64,000 bases of DNA, taken from Pristiophorus japonicus. Lineage: Eukaryota. The position numbers and the translations under genes are program-made. Positions 52,340-61,743 of the stretch are shown here, piece after piece (position 1 is the stretch's first letter; each line of letters opens with the position of its first letter). The DNA lies in the NCBI RefSeq assembly GCF_044704955.1, contig NC_091995.1:46252001-46316000 (forward strand). The letters are read 5' to 3'. The notes under the pieces were generated by a model. The model did no database searches. It was not told the origin of the DNA and saw only the letters and a list, made by a program, of their open reading frames with translations.

Positions 52340-53090
52340 GATGTCTCTTCTCTCTCTCTCTCTCTCTCGTCTCTCTGTCTCTTCATTCTCTCTCTCTCNN
52401 NNNNNNNNNNNNNNNNNNNNNNNNNNNNNNNNNNNNNNNNNNNNNNNNNNNNNNNNNNNNNNNNNNNNNNNNNNNNNNNNNNNNNNNNNNNNNNNNNNNN
52501 NNNNNNNNNNNNNNNNNNNNNNNNNNNNNNNNNNNNNNNNNNNNNNNNNNNNNNNNNNNNNNNNNNNNNNNNNNNNNNNNNNNNNNNTTCCTTCATCTTT
52601 CCCTCTCTGTACCTGTCTCTGTCTTTGTTTCCCTCACTCTCCCTGTCTCTCTATATGTCTGTCCTCTCTCTCTCTCTCCGTCTCCCTCTCTCTCTCTTTC
52701 CCTGTCTCTCTTTCCCTCTCTCTCACTCTGTTTTTATTTCACGTTCTCTCTCAGTCCCTGTCTTTATCCATGTCTCATTCTCGTTATCACTCTCTCTCCC
52801 TCTTTCCTCATGTCTCTCTCACACACATTACTGTCCCTTTCTCTTTCTCTCTCTCCGCTGTCCATATCTTTTTATCTGTGTCTCTATCATTTTCTCTTTC
52901 CCTGTCTCTATCTCTCTGACTTTCACTGTGTCTCTCTTCATTTCTATCTATTTCGTTCCCTCAATGAATCGATCCTTTTTATTTCATCCTTATATTTGTG
53001 CCTCTCATTCTTTCTCACGATCTCTCTCTTTTACTGTATTTTTCTCTCGCTATTCTTCTCTATCTCCCTCTCTCTTCTTCTCTGTTTTAT
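52340..53090. repeat. CT-rich low-complexity tract containing an assembly gap (52399-52587)
   Basis: (TC)n-derived sequence and a run of n. Confidence 0.95.
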
Positions 53091-53254
53091 TCTCGAATGA
53101 AAAGTACTCTGAGATATTTGGAAATGACAAATATCGAATCACGTTATTATATATTAAACATTCAGTTAAGAGTTGGACATCTGTCAGGTAAATCTAATTT
53201 CTCAACCTGAAAGATTTTAGCTTTTAACGGTGTGCTGGGACCTGAGATTAAATA

Positions 53255-53440
53255 AAAAAGCAAAACAGTGTGGATGCTGGAACCTGAAATAAAAACAGAA
53301 AATGCTGAAAATCTCAGCGGGTCAGGCAGCATCTGTGGTTCTGACGAAGTCTCATCGACCTGAATCGTTAAATCTGTTTCACTCCCCACAGATGCTGCCT
53401 GACCCGCTTAGATTTCCAGCATTTTCTGTTTTTATACCTG
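53255..53440. mobile_element. Foldback Penelope terminal-repeat element with a degenerate hammerhead in the loop
   Basis: ataaaaacagaaaatgctgaaaatctcagcgggtcaggcagcatctgtgg versus ccacagatgctgcctgacccgcttagatttccagcattttctgtttttat, flanking ttCTGACGA...gacctGAATcgtt. Confidence 0.75.
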
Positions 53441-54440
53441 AGATCAAATGTTGTTTCCATTCAAACGTGCAGCATTTTGGAACTGGTGTTATCTGTGCAG
53501 ACACAGGAGATGGATTGTTCAATGTGGCCATTCAGGCGCGGGAAGTGTGAGCCCCTTTTATATTGCTTCAGGGTGTTACTACCATTGGACTCAACAGAAG
53601 GGGGAAACGGGGAGAAAGATGGGAAATGGGCGGGTCTCGCTGTCGCCCACTTTACCCCATCCACAGAGTCAACATTCCCCGAGTGGAACTGCACATGGTG
53701 GGAATCTGATCAAAGCAGCAAATGTTGCAAATATGCAGTGGCTCAGTCTGAGAGAAACAGATGGGTAAACCTGAGAGATCAAACTTCACCAGAACCTGTA
53801 CGGGTCGCCTCAAAGCTTCATCCTGACGCGAATCGGAAGGTGTAAAAGAGGTTCCCGGGTCGCTGTCACCGGTTCCCCTGGGATTAAAATCAATCCCTCC
53901 CCCTCTATGTTTAATGATTTGTCTCATTGATCGGGAGGTTTAAAAGGTTTTCAAGTTCCCAAGTGGTACAATGAAGCTTTTAAAGTGCAGCTTCCCGCCG
54001 GCTGGAGTGTGAACTCGAAGCGACCGAGACACGTTCCTGCAGGAGTCTCGCCGCTGGGCTCCTGGTCACTCGGGGGGTCAGGCTGGGACTGGGATCGCAG
54101 TTATACTGACACTTCCCTACCCGCAAGCCTGCTGTGCGGGCACACACTGTCAGTCCCCCTCCGACTGGCCAGGGTCAATACAGAAGCTGCCCCAATAACT
54201 GGGCGGCAATGTCAGGCTGTCTGGACAGTGATGGACACCATCTAATCCAACCAAAGAGAGAGGCGAGCCTGAGAAACAGGATGGAGATTGCAATCCGGCT
54301 CCATCGCTTCACTGCCGCGCACACAAGCCCGTCTCCCTTTGTGAAACACCTGATGTAACCCACAGGCCTGCCCGTCCCAGTCTAAGATCAGAGGGTGAGT
54401 CTGTAGACATTGAATAGTGCAGCGGGAACCGGCTACTCAC

Positions 54441-54492
54441 CAGACAGGGCCGCTTGTAGGTGGTGGAAGTTCAGTACAAGTGACAGAAACAT
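54441..54492 (-). CDS. Signal-peptide exon of the MHC class I gene (MFLSLVLNFHHLQAALS)
   Basis: ATG at 54492; 52 nt ending G|gtgagt (phase 1, giving V-FHS when joined to alpha1); CpG-rich context about 110 nt downstream of an X1-X2-Y module. Confidence 0.72.
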
Positions 54493-54600
54493 GCCGTCCC
54501 GTCCGCTCGCCGCCTCTCCCAGTTACAGGCCGAGACTGAGCGCTTTGAATGGACCCGAGTCCAGCTTCACTCATATGTAGTCGCTGCAGGAGCTCACCGT

Positions 54601-54645
54601 CCAATCGCAGTAAAACATGTGGATCCGTCACTGGTTGTCAAGGAC
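54601..54645 (-). promoter_or_regulatory. MHC-type X1-X2-Y promoter module
   Basis: Minus strand GTCCTTGACAACCAG (RFX/X1-like), TGACGGA (CRE/X2), 18-nt spacer, ATTGG (Y box). Confidence 0.72.
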
Positions 54646-56898
54646 TGTCCCTAAACCGTGAAGATACAATCATAGAATGGTTACAGCACAGACGGAAGCC
54701 ATTCGGTCCATTGAGCCCGTGCCGGCTCTCTGCAAGAGCACTTCAGCTAGTCCCAATCCCCACCCTCTCGGAGGCCTTCACGTCCTTCATAAAGTGCTGT
54801 ACCACAATTGGACACAGTGCTCCAGTTGAGGCTGAACCAGTGTTTTATAAAAGTTTATCATAACTTTTGTACTCTATGCCTTCATTTATCAAGCCCATGA
54901 TCCCGTAAGCTTTTTAACGTCTTTCTCACCCTGCCCTGTCACCTTCAGTGATTTGTGCACATATACCACTGGTCATTCCGTCAATGTACTCCCTTTAGGA
55001 TCGCACCATTTAGTTTATATGTCCTCCCCTCATTCGTTCAACCAAAATACATCATTTCACACATTTCTGCGTTAAATTTCAGCTGCCCCGTGATTCCACC
55101 AGACTACGTATGTCCTCTTGAAGTCTATCACTATCCTCCTCACTGTTTATTATATTTACAAGTTTAGTGTCATCTACAAAGTTTGAGATTGTGCCTTGTA
55201 CACCCAAGTCTAAGTCATTAATATATATCAAAAAACAGTGGTCCTAGTACAGACCCTTGGGGAACATCACTTTATACCATCTCCTGTCCAATAAACAACC
55301 GTTCACCACTACTCTCTGTCTCCTGTCATTTAGGCAATTTTCTATCCATGCTGCCAGTGTCCCTTTTATTCCATGGGCTTCAACTTGCTGGCAATTCTGT
55401 TACTTGGCATTTCATCAAATGCCTTTTGGAAGTCCATGTACACCACATCAACCGCAGTGCCCTCATCAACCATCTCTGTTACCTCATCAACAAACTCAAT
55501 CAGGTTAGTTAAACACTATTTGCCTTTTACAAATCCGTGCTGAATTTCCTTAATGAATCCACATTTGTCCAAGTGACTGTTAATTTTGTCCCGGATTATC
55601 ATTTCTAAAAGCTTCCCCACTACCGAGGTTAAACTGACTGGCCGGTAGTTGCTGGGTTTCTCCTTTTTCCCTTTTTTGAATGTTTGCAATTCTCCAGACC
55701 TCTAGCAACACTCCCGTATCTAACAAGGATTGAAGGATTATGTCCAGTACCTCCACAATTTCCAACTTTACCAGCGTCAGCATCCTAGAATGCTTCCCAT
55801 CTGGTCCTAATGGTTACCTACTTTAAGTGCAGACAGCCGTTCTAGTACCTGCTCTTTATCAATTTTTATCCCATCCAGTATCTCAACTACCACCTCTTGC
55901 TCTATGACTTTGGTAGCATCTTCTTCATTGGAAAAGTCAGATGCAAAGTGCTAATTTAGCAACTCGGCCATGCCCTCTGCCTCCATGCTAGGTCTCCATT
56001 GTGGTCCCGAATAGGCCCCACTCCTTCTCTTACCACCTGTTTACTAGTTATACGACTATTGAAGACTTTTTGATTCCCTTTTATGTTAACTGTCAATCTC
56101 TTCCCTCACTCTCTCGTTGCCCCCCTGATTTACTTTTTCATCTCCCCGCTGAACTATCTGTATTCAGCCTGGTTGTCACTTGTATTCTCAACCTGATATC
56201 TGTCATACGCCCCCTTTTTCTGCTTCATCTTACTCTATCTCTTGTCGAAATCTCGACCTCAGAAAAGAATGACTCCGACACTTACAACTCCGATGGAAGT
56301 TTCCCTTTTAATTTACTTGCTCGCAAGGGGTAGGTTTCACTCAGTCAAGGGCTAAACGAAACCTCCGCAATGGTACAGCTTCACAAGATATTTATACAGT
56401 AAAACCCAAGTTCTGGCCTCTCCCTGTGTATTGCTCTGTCTCACAGTCAGTGAATACAGATAAAGAGTTAATTACTATATCCTGGTCCTGAAATGGTGTC
56501 AAGATATTTCCTTTTGTCAGGGTTATCAGAAAGCCAAACGGCCATTACTCCATGAGTCATAGGTAATGGGCTATCACCTGTCTTGTATTGTATCAGGATT
56601 ATCCAATTTCCTGGTCAGTTTACCTGTTTGCTTCAAATGGATGAGGTAAAGGAAAGAGATAATGGCTAGAAGATAAGGGTGGGGTGACATGGAACTCCTG
56701 TAGTGTAGACAATAGGAGAGCACCATGGGGGGTTACTTGTCTCAGCATGACTTGTCTCCTAGCTGTCTGATAACCATCAGCCATCTAACAGCAGGTTTAG
56801 CTGTTCATAATAAGCTGGCTATCAAAAATGCAGAAAGTTCTGGAAGGGCCAGGACTCCATTTTAATCAAAAGGCACACAAATACCGTATGGTATCAGC

Positions 56899-57543
56899 TT
56901 AGATAAAAATACATTTCCACATTCCCCCATTTTGTCCTTCACAAGGACAACTCAATCCATTCTGATCTTGTACAGTCTCTCCATTTCCATTTCTTTTAGT
57001 TTCATTACTCACTAGGCATATTATACCCTCAGGATTTCCTATTCTGGGAGTAATGCTTAGGAAGGGAGGCTGATGGTTATTATCATAATTGGGCTGGTAC
57101 CATCCCTGGAAGGCTGTAAGTTTATACCCTGCCGACCTCCATTCTGTTTGCTCCTTTGTTTCTGGCCCCTTAGTTAGTTTTGTCCTGTTTTGCACTGTCA
57201 ACCATTCTACCATTTCTGATTCGTTAAAGGGGACAGATCTCAGGGGAATACCCCCCCTGGAGTGGACAGGTACATGGGAACATATCCAGCAACTCGACAA
57301 GTTTCTTTCTTGAGCATACCTATGACTCAGTGCCATAAATACGTTTACGTGCAATTCCCTTCGGTGGTGGGTCTGTACCCCTGGTGTAATCAATAATGTG
57401 AAGTAAAACCCTGTCAATCCCAGCACCATCAGTCCCCATAGTCCATACAGTTCCTTATTCAGTCTTCCTTTTTCTGTTCCTCTGATTCCTTCGTCCCTTC
57501 CTCCTGGTCGGGTGCCCGTTTGCAATGGGATGCGTGGATCCAT
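56899..57543 (-). CDS. env: Truncated Env ORF (signal region and N-terminal SU with CWIC, no TM subunit)
   Basis: aacATGg overlapping the pol end; hydrophobic LYGLWGLMVLGLTGFYFTLLI; NLSSCWICSHVP motif; the ORF runs through the PPT into the LTR. Confidence 0.8.
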   Translation of the reverse strand: MDPRIPLQTGTRPGGRDEGIRGTEKGRLNKELYGLWGLMVLGLTGFYFTLLITPGVQTHHRRELHVNVFMALSHRYAQERNLSSCWICSHVPVHSRGGIPLRSVPFNESEMVEWLTVQNRTKLTKGPETKEQTEWRSAGYKLTAFQGWYQPNYDNNHQPPFLSITPRIGNPEGIICLVSNETKRNGNGETVQDQNGLSCPCEGQNGGMWKCIFI

Positions 57544-59345
57544 GTTGGTCTTTCCTTTACCTTGATTGCAGTATTGGTTGCCAGCAAGACCTGGTATGGT
57601 CCTTCGAATCTTGGCTGTAGACTGCTTTTCCTTTTAAAAATCTTGATGTAAACAAATTCCCCTGGCTCCAGGTTATGACACTTCCCTTCCGCTGGCTTGA
57701 CTTGGGCTTCCTTTACCTGTGAATGAAAGCTGGAAATACATTTGGTTAGTGCAATACAATAATTCAACATATTTTCCTCCATTTTGTGGATGTCCATCTG
57801 TTTTGCAGTAAATGGTGCTGTAAAAGGTAGTCGTTGGGGACGTCCCATAACTATCTCATGTGGTGACAAGCCTGTTGTTCTGTTGGTTGCAGATCGCATT
57901 ACCATCAAAGCTAAGGGCAGCAGTTCTGTCCATTTCAGTCCAGTGTCATTGCATAGTTTTGCCAGCTTATTTTTAAGCATTCCATTATATCTTTCAACAA
58001 GTCCAGCTGATTGTGGATGATAACTGCAATGAAAACGTTGATTAATCTGTAAAGCTTTACACATTTCTCTTATGACAGTTCCCGTGAAATGTGACCCGTT
58101 ATCACTGGAAAGCTTAGCAGGGATTCCGAAGCGCGGTACAATTTCTTTTAACAAACATTTAGCAACAGTAGTGGCATCGACCTTTTTACATGGAAAGGCT
58201 TCAATCCATCTAGAGAACACATCTACAATAACTAATACATACTTGAATCCCATACACATAGGTAATTCAATAAAATCCATTTGTAAATGTACAAAAGGCC
58301 CGACTGGATTTGGGTGGGAGGCAGATTCTACTTTTTCCGTCTTACCCGGATTCATTGTCTGACAGGTAACACAATTTTCACAGATTTGTTTTGCAATTGC
58401 CGAAATACCTGGTGCATACCAAGTTGCCAAAATATAATCTGCCAATCCCCCTTTGCCTGCATGTGTGAATGTATGAACACATCGGGCAATCCATGGAAGT
58501 AAGGATCTAGGGGCCACCACGCGGCCGTCATGGTGAACCCATATTCCTTCTGGATTTTTATAACATTGATCCTTCGTCCAGGTCACCACCTCCTCCGTAC
58601 TGGCCTGTGTCTGAAAGGCCAGCACGTCATTAATAGTGGGTGGCGGGTCTGAGCAATTATTTTTCCTTAGTGGGAACAATGACACCTGCATCCCCCCTTT
58701 CGACAGAGCTGCTGACTTAGCTGCATTATCAGCTCTGGCATTCCCAAGTGCCACCTCATTCGACTGGCCTGTATGTGCTTGGCATTTGATAATGGCAAGT
58801 TTTATGGGGCATTGAATGGCTCGCAGGAGATTTTCCACTTGTTCTGCATTTTTGATAGGGGTTCCTGAAGAAGTCAGGTACCCGCGAATCTTCCAAATTT
58901 GTCCATAGTCATGTGATACCCCAAAAGCATACCTGGAGTCAGTGTAGATATTAACTGTGTGTCCTTCAGCCAGAATACAGGCTCGAGTTAACGCAAACAA
59001 TTCGGCTTGTTGGGCTGAAAAGGAGTCTGGAAGAGAGGCTGTTTCGACAACATTAAACTGAGTTACAATTGCATAAGCTGCTCTCAGTTGGCCCCTATCA
59101 TTTCGTAAGGCTGATCCGTCAACATAGTACACTAGCTCAGGGTTACACATTGGTACATCTGTTAGATTGATACGTGGTTTAGTCACTAATTCGGTTACCA
59201 TTTCACATGAATGGGGTTCGCCGTCGTCTTCCGTGGGGAGTAGAGTGGCTGGATTTAAGGTAGTACATCTTTTGATGACAAGGTTCGGATTTGATAACAG
59301 TTCGACCTCATATTTAGTGGTTCTTGCGGAGGTTAGGTGGCACAC
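57459..59345 (-). CDS. pol: Pol C-terminal part: RNase H and integrase, open for 628 codons
   Basis: YVDGS...QQAEL...YTDSRY...GNARAD; HHCC; QMDF...SSDNGSHF...VERYN; GPY and WIHASH. Separated by a frameshift from the connection domain (59333-59692). Confidence 0.92.
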   Translation of the reverse strand: MCHLTSARTTKYEVELLSNPNLVIKRCTTLNPATLLPTEDDGEPHSCEMVTELVTKPRINLTDVPMCNPELVYYVDGSALRNDRGQLRAAYAIVTQFNVVETASLPDSFSAQQAELFALTRACILAEGHTVNIYTDSRYAFGVSHDYGQIWKIRGYLTSSGTPIKNAEQVENLLRAIQCPIKLAIIKCQAHTGQSNEVALGNARADNAAKSAALSKGGMQVSLFPLRKNNCSDPPPTINDVLAFQTQASTEEVVTWTKDQCYKNPEGIWVHHDGRVVAPRSLLPWIARCVHTFTHAGKGGLADYILATWYAPGISAIAKQICENCVTCQTMNPGKTEKVESASHPNPVGPFVHLQMDFIELPMCMGFKYVLVIVDVFSRWIEAFPCKKVDATTVAKCLLKEIVPRFGIPAKLSSDNGSHFTGTVIREMCKALQINQRFHCSYHPQSAGLVERYNGMLKNKLAKLCNDTGLKWTELLPLALMVMRSATNRTTGLSPHEIVMGRPQRLPFTAPFTAKQMDIHKMEENMLNYCIALTKCISSFHSQVKEAQVKPAEGKCHNLEPGEFVYIKIFKRKSSLQPRFEGPYQVLLATNTAIKVKERPTWIHASHCKRAPDQEEGTKESEEQKKED

Positions 59346-59899
59346 TTAGTAAGTAAAATCTCAACAGAGTGTGGGATATATAAAATGGTCTGATGATTTA
59401 GAGTTATTGTCTGAGCCTGTTGCATAGCATAATAAGCTGCTGCCAACAAAGGAAGACATCCTGGTAGTCCGCGTGCCACTGGGTCTAGTTGGGTACTGAA
59501 ATATGCTACTGGTCGCTGCCTGTCCCCATGTAACTGAGTCAAAACAGATTGTGCAAAACCCGACTTGTGATGCACAAATAAGTTGAATAGCTTAGTGTAA
59601 TCTGGTAATTCCCAAGGCTGGTGCTGAAGTGAGGGACTGCTTAAGGTTCTGGAAAGCATTCCGGGATACTTCATTCCACATCCTTTAAGCATTGTGAGAA
59701 TATAGTAGATTCATTCACAGCTCGTAGGTCATGGACAAACCTTCATTTGTGTGGGCTTCTGAACTGGACAAATCTGTGTGTTACACGGACTTCTCATTTA
59801 TGCTTATAGTGATTCACAGATCACAGAATGTAAAGTACTTGTTTTCTAATTTTTATTAAAAGGCTTCCAAACCCAAGATTTTTCCAATACACCCAAAAT

Positions 59900-60776
59900 G
59901 TTGATCAAGAGATCACCTGAAATATCTCAAAATCCCAATTCAACTGTTTTACTGCCACTCTTTATCAAAAAAAAATCCTCTTACTGAGCTAGAAGCTTTT
60001 GTACCAAGAATTTACACCAAGGACAATGAGAGTGTACTCCCCCAGCCTGCACCTCGAGAGACCCACAAAGGCTTTTTAAAAAAAAAAGCATTACATCTTT
60101 TAACCACCGGGACCATGTCTCAACAAACCCATCCTTTGTGCATTTCCTAGCTCCGTAACCTCTCATCCGAATAAATCCACACCTGCGCTTCTAACTTAAA
60201 ATGTCTTAAACTTCCCACATACAGGACAACACTATGAAGGGTTAAAAAACTTCACTTTGTTTGAAAAAGTGGGCGGAGCTAAAACAAACAGGCAGCTCCA
60301 CAACTTTTCCAAACAGGTTTCCAGACACAAGGAAAAAAGACAGAAGCACTCTCATTCAAAGACAAGACATTCACGCACTCTCATTCAAAGACAAGACATT
60401 CACAAGTCTCTCTCCATTCAATAAAGCTTTTTCTTTTACTAGCTTCATTTTTTTTTCATAAGTCACTATCAGGTTCTCTTTTTTTTTTACATTTGATTTA
60501 CTTCCTCTGTTAATTTTACATGGGCTTGAAGAATCGGAACCCAGGCCTTTTCTATTACTTTCCTTTTTTTTTCTGGATCTCTGTTTATAAGACACTCCTG
60601 GAGACAAGTTGTTCTCTCTAAATTAAATGAACCATCGGGTGGAAATGGCCTGTTTTCACCCTTAGTCCACTTTACTGGTTTTTGTTTCTTTGGTCAATTG
60701 AAGACTGACCACAATTCTGGAGCATGACATAGGCTGGTGTGCCTTTTGTGGTGTTTTAACTTGCTCCGGCACCCAT
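59900..60776 (-). pseudogene. gag: Heavily decayed gag remnant
   Basis: ATG at 60776: MGAGAS*NTTKGTPAYVML (myristoylation-type start) and KWTKGENRPFPPDGSFNLE (matrix-like); no long ORF. Confidence 0.6.
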
Positions 60777-61725
60777 TCTGGATGATTAAGATTTTCCCAC
60801 AGTTTCTGATCTCACAATCCTTTCGGCCAACCGAGTTCTCTACGCCCACTTCTCCTGGCCGTTACGTGGCCTGAAAAGGCTCTTAATTCGGGCTCAGTCT
60901 GGGTGTGTGAGATATGTTGGCACGAACCAATCGTAGTTGATCAATCAGTTACTGTTTCTTTTCTTAATCAATCCTTGTGTTTTTTTTTCCGAATCACAAT
61001 ATTCCCTAGTGACTCTTCCCGTTTCTCCAATGGCAATGACTCACAAAGGTATTGCACACAACAGTAATACAAGGACAACAAACAATATTCCCGTGAGTAC
61101 ACAAATCATAACCTCTAAACAAATTCTCAGTCTGCGTTGTACGCCACTACAGACCGAGTCCTTAACTTATCCTAATAACAGCTGATAAAACTTAAGGTTC
61201 CGTACCCAAACTCTTTGATCGATTGCGCTCTTTTTTTTTTAATAGTCTTATCACATAAGAACCCCTTCCGAATTAAAAACAATAAAAATCTTATCACATA
61301 AGAACCTTCGATCGATTATTAGCGCTTTCTTTTTTTCTTTTCTTTTAATAGTCTTATCACATAAGAACCCCTTCCGAATTAAAAACAATAAAAATCTTAT
61401 CACATAAGAACCTGGAACCCTTTTCGATCGACTAGCGCTTCCTTACCTACTGAAACCTTCCCCGGGCTGTCTCGAGATTTTTTCCAGAACCTGTTCTCTT
61501 CTGCTGGCGAGCTGAGAAAGAAATGGTTATAAAAAAAATACCTTTAACTTTTAAATGCCGAGTCTTGTAGATGCAGTACCTCAGCTGTGGACAACAGATT
61601 ACATCTGCGATTCAACAGTGAAGAAACCTCTTGTGAGCAAAGGCTCACCTTGTTTGGCCACCGAAGCCTTTCACTGGAGAGGCACTATGCCTGTATCCGT
61701 TTTACTCACAGAACAGAGAGTATGC

Positions 61726-61743
61726 ATCTCGGTGGAACCTCCA
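61726..61743 (-). promoter_or_regulatory. Primer binding site, tRNA-Gln
   Basis: TGGAGGTTCCACCGAGAT, complementary to the tRNA-Gln 3' end ATCTCGGTGGAACCTCCA, 5 nt inside the 5' LTR. Confidence 0.9.
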
